Shown here: piece by piece, positions 51,766-64,000 of the stretch | Numbering within the stretch: position 1 is the first letter of the stretch | Layout: every line of letters begins with the position of its first letter | From: Octopus bimaculoides | Lineage: Eukaryota | DNA length: 64,000 nucleotides | Reading direction: 5' to 3' | Assembly: GCF_001194135.2 (NCBI RefSeq) | Contig: NC_068988.1 | Span: 85,142,981-85,206,980, forward strand | Notes under the pieces: model-generated | Told to the model about the DNA's origin: nothing | Databases searched by the model: none | The model's input: only the letters and a program-made list of their open reading frames with translations | Translations under genes and position numbers: made by a program

Positions 51766-52304
51766 GTCCACTATGCTGAGTGGTTGGTGCTAGGAAGGGC
51801 ATCCAGCTGTAAAAATCCTGCCAAAACAGTTACAGAAGTCTGGTGCAGGCTTTTGCCTGGCTGGCTCCTTTCAAACTGTCCCAACCATGTCAGCATGGAA
51901 GGTGGACATTAAATGATGATGATGATATTAGGTTAGTTCAGATATATTTATCACATATTTTAACTTCAAAAGGCAATTTTCACTGTAGTTTACTGTGGAG
52001 AGAAATTCTTGCTTATGGTAGAAGATGTAAAATCATCTTATCTGCTCAGTGTTGTCCTCTATCAGACACCTGGATGCATTTCTGGCTCTTTATCCTTCCT
52101 CAGTAAGAGATACCAAAGAGAGATAAACCTGAGCAGATTAGAAAGCCATAGCTTTGATAATTTCAGCTGCCTTCAATGAATGCAAATTACAATATTTAGA
52201 TCATGAAAGTGAGGAAAAGAAAAAAAAAAATCATAGCTTTTGAAAGGAGATATTATAGAAATATCTTTTATATTCCATTTTCTTAGTAATGAGGAGTATC
52301 TTAC

Positions 52305-52358
52305 CATCAATAACAGCTTCTTTTTTCTTGAGCTTTTGATATTTCAGGAAGCCTTCGC
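52305..52358 (-). CDS. IFT74: IFT74 coding exon (54 nt): SEGFLKYQKLKKKEAVID
   Basis: Acceptor ttgtttcag|GC, donor ATG|GTAAGA. Matches human GEMNQKYKELKKREEHMD. Confidence 0.93.
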
Positions 52359-52565
52359 CTGAAACAAAGAAACATGCATATATAAATATACACATGTATA
52401 TAAAAGGAGTTACTCTATACATACATAATACACACACATATACACTGTCCATTAAGAAAAAGAATAACAAAAGGAACTTAAAATATTTCTTTTTCATATT
52501 TGGTTTGTAAGATTCTTGATGTGAAATCATGTGTTGAAACAGATTTTGTTCTATCTTTGGAGATT

Positions 52566-52942
52566 CATTATGTCGATAATGAACACATGCGCTGGCTCTA
52601 TTTCACTTTTATTATTATTAGTCAACTAATTAACCATTTAACAAACTGACTAATTGATTGTTTGATTAATCATTCAATCAATCAATCAGTCAACAGGCTA
52701 GATGTGTCAGAGTTCTTTCATCACCATTTATCACCAAAAACATGCTCTTGCTACTTCAGGTCTGTCGGTCCCCTATGCAAATAGCGATGAAAAGACTCTG
52801 ATGAATCTAGCTTATTGATTGATTGATTGATGACTGAATGATTAATCAAGTAATCAATTAGTTAATTAGTGAAACGGTTAACTAATAATAAAAAAATAAA
52901 AATAAAACAGAACCAGTGCAAGTGTTTTTTATTGGCACAATG
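52566..52942. repeat. Diverged MITE-like inverted repeat with about 170-bp arms
   Basis: cattatgtcgataat...gctagatgtgtcagag versus ctctgatgaatctagc...attggcacaatg. Confidence 0.75.
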
Positions 52943-53070
52943 ACCCTCCTCCCAAGCTACAATAAAAGAATTAGCAACAAAAGATAAAAACCAAAAAAGA
53001 AAAAAAGTAACAACATTTAATAAAAACTCAAGTAAAATATTTAGCTGTATAATCTTAGGTATAGACTTAC

Positions 53071-53150
53071 TCTGGCTTTCTTGAATGTCAGCTTCCAGTT
53101 GCTGCAGGTCGTCTTGTTGTCGTTCATAGTCATTGTGTAGAGAATTCAGT
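53071..53150 (-). CDS. IFT74: IFT74 coding exon (80 nt): (Q)LNSLHNDYERQQDDLQQLEADIQESQ
   Basis: Acceptor ctattatcag|A, donor AGA|GTAAGT. 26 full codons, as in human LTDTKEK...DLEEHQ. Phases fit both neighbours. Confidence 0.92.
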
Positions 53151-55659
53151 CTGATAATAGAATGACAAAAAGTTAGTTACAAAGTATTAAAATATAAGAC
53201 CTCCTTTCTATATCNNNNNNNNNNNNNNNNNNNNNNNNNNNNNNNNNNNNNNNNNNNNNNNNNNNNNNNNNNNNNNNNNNNNNNNNNNNNNNNNNNNNNN
53301 NNNNNNNNNNNNNNCTTGACACCAGTGATGTCACAACTCATTTCTACAGCTGAGTGAACTGGAGTAATGGGAAATTAAGTGCCTTGCTCAAGAACACAAT
53401 GCATGGCCCAGCCTGGGAATTGAACACGTTACCTCATGATTGTGAGCCTAATGCTCTAACTGCTGAGCCATGATCATCAGAAAATTCTCTGTAAGGCCAC
53501 ATCTACTGAAAATCTTTCTTTACATTCTTATATCTAGCAACCTTTTATAATGATCATGCATATGTAACAAACCAAAAATTGTATAACAAAGAATAGTCTA
53601 TAAAATACCTCTGCCCTGATTAGTTGATAACCCATAAGAAAACTTAAGTGAAAACTTAATACTACACTACAGAATTGATCATGAATCTGGGATACTGCTG
53701 CTGCATTTTCTTCTACATGCCTTTTCTATATCTAGGACAAAGACCTCTGTTTCTTTGAACTATAAGCTGTCATCTACCTCTGCTATGATACGAGTATATC
53801 ATATGGGCCTCATCACCTCTGTTGTGTATCAGTTCCTTTAATCTTAAACACTTTCTCAATTCTTTTCCTCAGAATTCATATCTACTGTAAGCTCTTCTCT
53901 CTTCATATTAATGTTTAGCTTTGGCTCAGCCTTGATTGAACAGATATTTGAACAAAAGTATTCCAGTCATGTTCTCACACTCATTTTGTACATCTGGATC
54001 TACATTGTTTAAAATGGAATTCTTTATTTAAAATACTAGAGTGTGATTTCAGAGAGTTTGGGCCATAAATCCCAGCAGGTTGAGCAATTGTGTAAAGGCT
54101 TCCCCACTCATGGTTTACCTGCAGGGATCATTATACAAAAGTCAATCACACAAGTTTGGTTATATAAACACTATACGATAAGCCTGGTCATACAACCAAA
54201 CTACCATAAGTCTGGTCTGTGAACTGTTCATGTCAGATCTACGCCTTAGCTCATTGTATAATATTTGGCTGCACTCAAACTGTTACATTAATGTGTTGGG
54301 TATGTGTGAGATGTATCACGTGTTCCAGAATGGTCAGAGACAAATGTTTGATGACAGTGAAAAAAGAGTGATAAAGATCTCTAAACTAAAGACACTTACT
54401 GAATGAAGTGATAGAATTCCGAACGTTAGTTGATTAGCAGGAATGATTACACCTTTTTAAAAAATACTTCTTGTGAATAATCTACTTGAAAAATTTACTT
54501 TTAATAAATAAATAACTCATTTTCCCAGGAAGTCACTTTACATATATTCAACTGCACAATGAAAAGTTAGTAGTTCTGAGAAATCACCCACATGGTAAAC
54601 AAAAGTCAAATGCTGACCTTCATATAAGTATTCTAAGTAAACTGTGATAATGGACAATTAAATTTTACTAGACACCACTTAACATAACTTCAGTATATTT
54701 CTTGTTAATTCTAAATCTGAGTTAAAACTTTCTAACTTTACAACTGTATACTACTACAGCACTAAACTGAAAGTAAGACCATGGAATTAGTACAGCACTG
54801 GAGTTGTTGTTATCCTCTAGACCATATTTATAATGTGTTGGGTATGTGTGAGATGTATCACGTTCCAGAATGACCAGAAACAAATGTTGAGAATTAAGTG
54901 CCTCTTGACTATGGATGTGATAAAGTTCCAGTGAGAATCATGACTAATTGCATGGCAGACATTCTGTTTATAAATAAGTGAAATAACAATAGGTGTAGGC
55001 ATGGCTGTATGGTTTGGAAGTTTGCTTTGCAACCACATGAATTTGAGTTCAATCCCACTGAGAAGCAATTATGACAAATATCTTCCACTATAGCCCTGAG
55101 CTGACCAATGTCTTGCAAGGGAATTTGGTAGATGGAAACTGTGTGCTGTGAATATATACATACATGCATGTGTATGTTTGTATGTATGTTATACACACAC
55201 ACACACACACTTGTATGTATGCATTTATCTTTCATCGTTTATCTTTTACTTGTTTCAGTCATTCGACTGAAGCCATGCTGGGGCACTGCCATGAAGAATT
55301 TTTTCAGTCAAATGAATCAACCCCAGCACTTATTTTTTTTTTAAGCCTGGTAGTTATTTTATTGATCTCTTTTGCTGAACTGGTAAGTTACGGGGATGTA
55401 AATACACCAACACTAGTTGCCAAGTGGTCAAGGGGGACAAAGATACACTCATAGACAAACACACACACACACACACACATGACAGTCTTCTTTCAGTTTC
55501 TGTCAACCAAATCCACTCACAAAGCTTTGGCTGGCCTGAAGCCATAGTAGAAGACACTTTGCCCAAGGTGCCACACATTGGGACTGAACCTGGAACCATG
55601 TGTTTGGGAAGAAAGCTTCTTATCACACAGCCACGCCTGTGCCTATACATGTATGTGTA

Positions 55660-55711
<52 letters not shown>

Positions 55712-56148
55712 AGTGACTGAACCTTTGGCAATATACCATGTTTGAGAAGACCCATCAAGCCAAGTGAAATAGTGAAATTGTAGTTGTGGCTTATGCCAGT
55801 GTCGCATACCTGGCACCCATGCTGGTGTCATGTAAAATGCACCCTTCAAACGTTGGGCCTCACAGAGGGAGTGAGAAGTGACTGAGACCTTTGGTAATAT
55901 ACTGTGTTTGAGAAAACCTGTCAAACCAAGTGAGATCATAGTCACAGCTGATGCCAGTGTTTTGTAAGTGGCACCTGTGCCTGTGGCATGTAAAAAGCAC
56001 CCACTTACACTCTTGGAGTGGTTGGCATTAGGAACGGTATCCAGCTGTAAAAACGATGCCACATCAGGAAACCTGGTATAGCTCCCCAGTTTTCAATCAC
56101 TGTCCAACCCATGCCAACATGGAAAACGGACATTAAATGATGATAATG

Positions 56149-56191
<43 letters not shown>

Positions 56192-58910
56192 TGNNNNNNN
56201 NNNAATCTATCTGTTTATACAGAGACACACTCAAACACATATATGTATATGTGTATTTGTGTGAGTGAGTGCATTTTTGTGTTCTCTGCCACTTGATAAC
56301 CTATGTTGGTTTGTTTGCATTTCTGAAACTTAGTGGCTCAGCAAAAAGCTACCAGCAGAAAAAGTACCAGACTTAAAATAAGTACATGGATTGACTTATT
56401 CACTAAACCTTTCACAGTGGTACTCCAGCAAGGCCGCAGTCCAATGCTTGAAAGAAATTATAGAATAAAAGAAGAAAAAAAAATGTAAATTGAGTAGAGG
56501 AAATCTGAATTTTTTTTTCTGGTTATTTTAAGTAGATTAAATATTTTGGTGTATATTTATGTTTCCATAGACACAAATAAAAAGCCTGCGTGGAAATTCA
56601 AATTTAAAATATTCTCATGTCGCTGTAGCTTAACCCCAAATTTCAGTTCTCTAACATGCGTGCTGCATTTTAAGTTTGAGTCATTCCTATATCTAACACA
56701 GTTTGACAAGGTGCAGCAGCATATTACTCATCAGGCTGTCATGTGAAGGGAGGTAACTGAGTAAAGGTGATACCCATCTCTGGGATTGATTGACTGGTGT
56801 ACAGTCATCTGAGTTGTTGTCTAGTCACAGGTTAATAAGGTAAATGGAAATAAAAGTGCATGCATAAATGGTCTGAAAAAGTATTCTTCACTTATGAGTT
56901 GGCACTCAGATATTTTAAACCTAAATAAGGAAATTCATTTGAGCTTATATTGGTTTCAAATTTTGGCAAAAGCCAACAATTTTGGGGAAGGTGCTAAGTT
57001 CATTAACTAAACCTCAGTGTTCAGCTGGTACTTTATCAACCCTGAAAAGATGAAAGGCAAAGTCAACATGGGTGGCAATTGAAACCAGAACGTAAAAATG
57101 GGCGAAATGCAGCTAAGCTGACAAGACTCTTTGAGTTGAGAGAGCACCCGGTGTTTGTAAATATGTAGTTGGACTGGTGTGCTGGTTGAGCTGTTAATGT
57201 ACCCACCCAAGTGTGTGCATCTATTCACCTAAAGAATCTCCAGTTGGAGAATTTTTGGAATGTCTTACAAATCCAATCTAATAGATTGGATTTGGAGATT
57301 CCGTTCAGTTTCTTCTGCTATTTCTTTGTGAAATCAAGTATTTCTATGTTTTTGTGCAAATTTGTTGATTACATAACCTAATGATGAAAGGTACAATTGA
57401 GAATTTATAAACTGGGCACAAGCGCTGTAAATTCTGCATTAGTTCACCATAAATGTTCTCTTTTACTTGGACTTTTGATTCTACATTCACATCCATTGGG
57501 CAGTTGACTCCTGCAATAGTGAGTGACTTTCATTCCCTGTCCCACAGAACAATGTCAGGTCTGTTATGTTTACATCAACGTGCTATTTTTATTGGAATGT
57601 TCTACCAGTGCTCCTTGTTTTTAAAGGTGTAAATACCTGCTGGTTTTGTCTGTCTGTCTGTCAATACACACCTACATACAGAGACATATGTATGTATGTA
57701 TGTATGCATGCATAGATGTATATATGCATGGATGCCAGTGTATAATTGTTTAATGCACATTTGTTTCCATGCTAACAGGGTTTACATGCATATATTAATA
57801 AGGCACTGTCATACAGCCAGATGCCCTTAGTGGCACTAAACCTTATATGTTTTTCGAGTTAAAGGTCATCATTGCTGTCATCATCATCAGCAGCATTTAA
57901 TGTCCACTTTTCGATGCTCTCATGGGTCATGTAGAATTTGCTGAGGCAGATTTCCTATGGCTGGATGCCCTTCCTGTCACCAACCCTCACCTATTTCCAA
58001 GGCGATATTTCTCATGGCCAGGCATGTTCACACCCACATACACAGACATATTTATGGTACAAAAATTTTAAAAAAAACACAAAAATGACGAGAAAAAAAC
58101 AAACAGGGTGTATCAAGTTGATGCTCAGGAAAATTGGAAGTTAATGTATGTGTGGAGGGGCTGGGGGTGGGGGTGCATGAACGACGAGTTTCCACACTGT
58201 TTCTCTCTATCATCTATCAAATCGACTCAGAAGGTTTTGGTCAGCCTGAGGCTATAACAGAAGTCACTTACCCAAGGCACTGCATGGTGGAACTGAACCC
58301 AAGGCCACAGACACATATGGGTAGATAATGGAATACCTTGTTGCATTTTATTACATCCCTTTATGTTATGAGTTCAAACCCTGATCATACCCACTTTACC
58401 TTTCATCCTCCTAGGGCAGGCCTGACCAACTCGAATTACATAGTGGGCCATTTTAATCACAGAAACTTTTTTGAGGGCTGCTTGTATACTTTATGCATGA
58501 ATAGTCAAATAATCAAATTACAGAATCAAGACTTTTTCATACTTTTCATTTGTTTAAAATTATAAAACTGTAGGCTATTGCTTTATGAACACTTATAAAT
58601 TTTAAATTTATTTTGAAATAAATGCTTTACACAAACAATTTCATTTTGAAATTAAAAACAATACTTCAAGAAAGTATCAAGCAGGACGCAAGATAAAAGC
58701 GAGTCTCAGGTTGGCCAGCCCTTTTCTAGAGGAAGAATGGGATATTGATAAAATAAGTATTGGGGGGTCAATGCACTTAACAATACCCATGAAAGTAGTG
58801 TCCCAGTATGATAGCAGTTACATGGAGTAAAGGTATAATAGAATATATATATATATATATATTTCACTAAAACTCTGCAAAGTACTTAAGTGTTGATATT
58901 CCAAACTTAC

Positions 58911-59061
58911 TGGCGTTCAAAAGTGGCAATTTCTTGGTTGTCTGACTTCAGTTGTTTCAGAAGCCGGTTCCGTTCTGTCTCGGGACTCTCTTTAGAATTC
59001 AGTTCCTCTGTCAGACTCTCTTTCTGCATCTCTAGCTCATCTTTCCGTTTGTACAATTGCA
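58911..59061 (-). CDS. IFT74: IFT74 coding exon (151 nt): VQLYKRKDELEMQKESLTEELNSKESPETERNRLLKQLKSDNQEIATFER(Q)
   Basis: Acceptor tatatttcag|TG, donor CCA|GTAAGT. Strong match to human [22 protein letters not shown]. Confidence 0.96.
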
Positions 59062-59587
59062 CTGAAATATAGAGGTCAATTTTGCCTTTAATTCTTTCAG
59101 GAAATAACAATAATGAAAATAATAGTAATTATACCCTCTGGTCTAGAAATACTTGGGTGATGTCAGGCAAAGTATGACCATGTTTCAAGGTTAGAAGGAG
59201 CTCTTTCGTGATGGTTGTTAGTCTTTATAGTGACAGTGTCTCTATAAAAATGCTAGTGGTGGTGCAACCTTAAATTTATTCATGTGTCATTTTTACAATA
59301 ATGCAAAACTCCAATCTAACTGATATAAATATGGCCTGAATAGAATTGGAATTCATTTCTTCCTTTAATTAAATTTGTCCCCTACCATCAAATTTGGTGG
59401 TTTTGTGCATGTGTGCATGCATGTGTGTGTGTGTGTGTGCATGCGTGTGCATACTACAATTTCCAATGCATCCTTTATTAAGAAGGTGCAATGTGATCTG
59501 AGGATGTAGTGTGAATCACTTTAGTACCCACTGCTACTACGAAACTTGAAGACTATATCTAACCAAAAGAAAAATTCCAATACATAC

Positions 59588-59621
59588 CAGCTTTTTGTCT
59601 TGCTGGAGACTTCATTAATTC
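59588..59621 (-). CDS. IFT74: IFT74 34-nt micro-exon: ELMKSPARQKA + G
   Basis: Acceptor ttttccaatag|GAA, donor CTG|GTATGT. Supplies the 11 codons plus 1 nt needed to join the flanking exons in frame; human equivalent EIAHSQVKQEA. Confidence 0.88.
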
Positions 59622-60146
59622 CTATTGGAAAATTGAGAAAAAAATAATTGATATTTTGAAGATCAGATTAACAATAAATATAATCAAGAAAACAGAAACT
59701 TAACCTGCCCCCCCCCCCCCAAAAAAAAAATTACAGTTAGCTTCTCTTGCAATCATAAATATCCAGAAGGCCAGTATTCAATATCAGTCATTGTAGCATT
59801 AATCAAACAAATGAGAAATTTGTTCCTGAATACAATGTCATACTTAATTAACAGTTTAATTCTCACCACAATGCTATGCTATTCGTTCAATCTTATAATT
59901 GCTGTTGCTACTACCTACAGTGTTAAGTTGTTCCTATTGCACTGTACATTCATAAATAAATAGATGTGACCATTTGAAAGTTAAATGTCTTAGCTACAGA
60001 CATAACATAGTCAGAGTCACAATATTATCTACTGACCTCTAAGCTTTTCCTCCAGTATTCAACCCACATAGCCATAATAGCTATAATGTCTTCTAAATCC
60101 AAACATAAACATGCACACTCAGGAAAAAATAAAGATTGTGACTAAC

Positions 60147-60269
60147 CTCCTGTAAAATTTGGACCTTTGAATTTTGTTCATCAATGGCTTGTTGGTTTTT
60201 TTCCATAGCTTCAACAAAGTTCTCATTAATATCTTTCATTTTGGAATATTTCTTCTTCAATTCTGGTTC
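60147..60269 (-). CDS. IFT74: IFT74 coding exon (123 nt): EPELKKKYSKMKDINENFVEAMEKNQQAIDEQNSKVQILQE
   Basis: Acceptor ccctacag|GAA, donor GAG|GTTAGT. 41 codons, same length as the corresponding human segment SFENQVKYLEMK...KESLEA. Phase 0 to phase 0. Confidence 0.93.
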
Positions 60270-60479
60270 CTGTAGGGTTGAGACATCATATATAATAATA
60301 ATCGTAAAGAACGGACAGTGGACGAGGAAGAAAGGTGAGAGATTTGCAAAGAAGAGGAGAAAACAAATGCACTACAACTCTTCAGAAAAAGTAACCAAAA
60401 CTGAATGAACAGTACATAGAATATGCACAGGAAGGGAAAAGTGATTAAGTCTTCAAAAGAAACAAAAGCAGGGTGAAGG

Positions 60480-61660
60480 AAGGATGGAAGTTTTTAAGGG
60501 AGGTAGTATCCTGACAGCTAACAATGATGTGGGTAGTTTATTCCATGTTTCAGCAATTTTGAGTGTGAAAAAATGTTACTTCAACTCACGGTTGCTGCGT
60601 TTTTTGATTTTGTTAGCATGTCCACGAGTGTTAGATATATGGCATTCAAAAAGGTTTTTTGAGTTTGTTGTTGGAAAGGTGGTGGATAATCTTGTGGGTG
60701 TCTACCAAGTCAGTTGCCAGGCAGAACTTTAATGCAGCCATGCTCAGGGAAGCAAGGCATTCAGGGTATGGTAGATGCCTGATTGTGGGTATTTGTCTGG
60801 TTGCACGTTTCTGAACAGTTTCCAGGAGACTGATATGCTGAGCAAGACAAGGATTCCAGACTGATGATGCAAACTCAAAGTGTGGGCGTACCATAACCAT
60901 AAATACAGCTTTAAATAGATAGCTGGAGAGTGGCTGATAAAGATCTAAACTAAGTGATGCTAAGACACCCTCAGCCTTCTTGACAATCTTAGAGATGTGG
61001 TTTGTCCAATGCAGATTGCTGCTGGATCCCCAAGTCATGTTCACTAACAGAATTCTTAAGATTGCTGTTGTTGAGGAAGTATGTAAAAGNNNNNNNNNNT
61101 GGTAGCACACTTGTCCACAGCCAGCTTGAGTTGTCAGTTGGTAATCCATTGCTGCATTGTGTCCAGGTCTGATTGCAGGAAAGATCTATAGCATATAGGA
61201 TCTGTTCTTTTTATCTTAAGGTACAGCTTCATGTCATCTGCATATTTCAACACTGTAACATACTTTCAGTTGGCATCTATGTCATCAATATATGCAACAA
61301 ACAACAGGGGTCCAAGAATAGATCCTGTGGTACACCAGATGTCATCTCATAGGTTGAAGAATGATGTCCTAGAACTATGATTACCTCTTTTCAACTGAAA
61401 ATAAAGGACTTCAACCAGTTATAGAGACCATCTTTCACACTCATTGCAGAGAGTTTTGCCCTGAGTTGTTTGAGTGGCACAGAATTGAAGGCTTCAGCAA
61501 AGTCAAGATAGATTATATCCAGCCAGGAGCTTCCACCAGTGATTCAGGTGATGTCCTCAAGAAACTTAATGAGTTGGCTACAGCAGCTGGAGTTAGGGAT
61601 CTATGTTTAGCAACTGGTTTAAGTTAGAATGTAGATATTTTCTCTGATGGTTTGTCTTAG
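60480..61660 (-). mobile_element. CR1-clade LINE RT relic in the 1440-nt IFT74 intron
   Basis: MVRPHFEFASSVWNPCLAQHISLLETVQKRATRQIP...; upstream GVPQ-SILGPLLF and YIDD-like pieces. Confidence 0.85.
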
Positions 61661-61709
61661 GAGTTCTTTTGAAGTGAAATACCAAGAAGAACTAAAAGTT
61701 GATTCCTAC

Positions 61710-61788
61710 CATATCATTAATCAAACTTTCTGCAAGTTCTTTTTCATCAGAAAGTTCCTTCTCGAGTTTAGAAATTTGCTTTTCTTTC
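61710..61788 (-). CDS. IFT74: IFT74 coding exon, first in window (79 nt): xKEKQISKLEKELSDEKELAESLINDM
   Basis: Acceptor ttttatgtag|G, donor ATG|GTAGGA. Aligns to recalled human IFT74 [27 protein letters not shown]. Ends in phase 0. Confidence 0.93.
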
Positions 61789-62113
61789 CTACATAAAAAA
61801 CAAAGAAATGAGAATTTAGTTAAGTTTTTACAGACTGTATATTGTATAGGGTTAGTGATATATATATTTTTATTTTTTATATATAGGATGATGAAAGCCC
61901 AAGATGTGAGGAGGATGAAGAGGAGCAATCTTAGAAGTTGGGAAATGTAGTCAATTACATTGACCCCAGTGCTTGACTGGTACTTATCTTATCATTGAAA
62001 GGATTAAAGGCTAAGCTGACCATGGCAGAATTTGGACTCAAAATATAAAGAGCTGGAACAAATGCTGATAAGTATTTTATCCAACATGCTCATGTTCCTG
62101 CCAGCTCACCACC

Positions 62114-62167
<54 letters not shown>

Positions 62168-62329
62168 TTAATAATAATGAGGAATATATTCACAGAAGGA
62201 ATACATTCACAGAAGGAATACATTCACAGACACGACAGAGCTGGGACCTGCATACACTGGAAGCTATGCCAACACTATGGAATAACAACAGAAAAAACAT
62301 GGTATAGGCACACACCAGAAAAGGTCATA

Positions 62330-62810
62330 GAAAACAAGAAAGCAACTATACTCTAGGATATGCCAATACACACAGATAGAGAAATTAAGGCCAATAGGCC
62401 AGATATAGTTGTCAGAGATCATGGAGAAAAAAAATGCTTTCTAATTGATTATCAATACCAACAGATGACAACGTTTCTCTAAAAGAAATGGAGAAACTTT
62501 CAAAATACAAAGACCTGGAAATAGAGGTAACTCGAATGTGGAATCTAAAAACAGAAACAATTCCTATCATAGTAGGCACATTATGTATGATAAAAAAATA
62601 TTCAGACAAATACATAACAAAAACACCAGGACTTACAAGTATATATAACACACAGAAAATTGCACTACAGGGCACTGCACACATCCTATGCAAAACACTT
62701 TCAATACAGTAACCATAAGAGTATCACAGCAAACCACAGCACATACCCAAGGCACACAGAGCTGCGCTCGGTAGTAAAGTGAAAGCACTCTATAAAAATA
62801 AAACTACTGA
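62330..62810 (+). mobile_element. R4/Dong-like LINE 3' end with restriction-like endonuclease motif
   Basis: RPDIVVRDH...CFLID...KLSKYKDLEIEVTRMWNLKTETIPIIVG. The 3' tail is duplicated at 46890-47070 and a related piece lies at 63120-63500. Confidence 0.8.
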
Positions 62811-63059
62811 ACAATAATAATAATAATCCTTTCTACTATAGGCCTAAGGCCTGAAAGTTTTGGGAAGGGGACCAATCGATTATATCGACCCCAGTACGTA
62901 ACTAGGATTTAATTTATCGACCCTGAAAAGATGAAAGGCAAAGTCAACCCCAGCAGCATTTGAACTCAGAATGTGAAGACAGACAAAATACTGCTAAGCA
63001 TTTTGCCCAGCATGCTAATGATTCTGCCAGTTCACCACCTAATAATAATAATAATAATA

Positions 63060-63091
<32 letters not shown>

Positions 63092-63609
63092 GTAAGACAT
63101 GGTATGACCACAAATCATAGGGGGTGTGGAGACTTGCAACAACCTGTGGGATTTCTCAATTCAAATGGACCAGATGCACAACAAACTGAATTTAGTTGTG
63201 GTAGACAAAGTAAACCAAATGTTTTCTGTAATTGATGTTGCATTTAAATTTGACACACAAGGAAAGAAGGCAAAAAAGTAATCAAACTACAATCCTCTTA
63301 AATATAAAATAAACTGACTGTGGAAGATGAAAAAAATGAAGATAGAGCCAATTATTGTTGGAGGTCTTGGGTAGAGCATCAAAAGATATTGAGAGGAACA
63401 TAAAGAAAATGGGAATAGAGTGCCCAGTAGAGCTACAGTAAAAATTTAACATCTTTGACACAGCCAGAATTATCAGGAAAGTACTAGGTAGTTGAAAAGA
63501 ACAAAAAGCATGGTACCATAGGCTACAAGAAGAAAACCCGCTACTCATACAGGATTGCAACAAAACCAGTTCCAACAAAACCAGAGTTAAAAGAATAAAT
63601 AATAATGAA

Positions 63610-64000
63610 TCTCAAATTTTGGCACAAGGCCAGCAACTTTCGGAGAGTCAATTACAATGACTCCAGTGCTTTTAACTCCAGTGCTCGACCGGTATTTATT
63701 TTATCAAGCCTGAAAGGATGGAAGGTAAAGATGACCTTGGTGGAATTTGAACTCAGAAAATAAAAGTGGACAAAATGCCACTTAACATTTTGCCTGGTGT
63801 GCTAACGATTCTGCCAGCTCACCAACTTAGGATAAATAATAATACTAGTTTCAAATTTCAGCACAAAGCCAGCAATTTTCGGAGAGTCAATTACAACGAC
63901 TCCAGTGCTTTTAACTAGTACTTATTTTATCGACCCTGAAAGGATGAAAAGCAAAGTTGACCTCAGCAGAATTTGAACCCACAAAGTAAAAACGGACAAA
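63610..64000 (-). mobile_element. Two tandem SINE family C copies
   Basis: Units at 63610-63830 and 63845-64000 share caaatttt.gcacaa.gccagcaa...gaaaggatg...gaatttgaac. Confidence 0.75.

Noticed and set aside
57255-57335. Minus-strand peptide KEIAEETERNLQIQSIRLDL resembling an extra IFT74 exon
   Set aside because: In-frame stop, no suitable splice sites, and the exons at 58911 and 53150 already join in phase with no missing residues.
61789-64000. Search for the next upstream IFT74 exon
   Set aside because: Only SINE and LINE fragments were found; the 5' exons must lie outside the window.

Overview
AT-rich, microsatellite- and transposon-dense animal genomic DNA with many assembly gaps. The SINE families look like those of octopus (inference from recalled repeat motifs, not a database hit). 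The one protein-coding gene I can support is on the minus strand: the 3' two-thirds of intraflagellar transport protein 74 (IFT74). I reconstructed it by hand as 13 coding exons between 61788 and 9963. All splice phases are compatible, and they give 1210 nt, or about 402 aa plus stop, colinear with human IFT74 from about 'KEKQI' to the C-terminus as I recall that sequence. The 5' exons lie beyond the right edge of the window. The terminal intron (10079-11647) carries U12 minor-spliceosome signals: GTATCCTTT donor and a TTCCTTAA branch site about 12 nt from the AG. The rest is introns and flank filled with three or more SINE families, several mariner relics, R4/Dong-like, RTE, CR1 and Tx1-like LINE fragments, a Gypsy integrase fragment, piggyBac-, hAT- and Merlin-like MITEs, a probable solo LTR and several foldback elements. 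There is no CRISPR array and no rRNA or intact tRNA gene that I can see. I found no demonstrably new biological system. The best leads are the U12 intron, a CpG-rich promoter-like patch with a splice donor inside the 21-kb intron, and a 99/101-bp hairpin.
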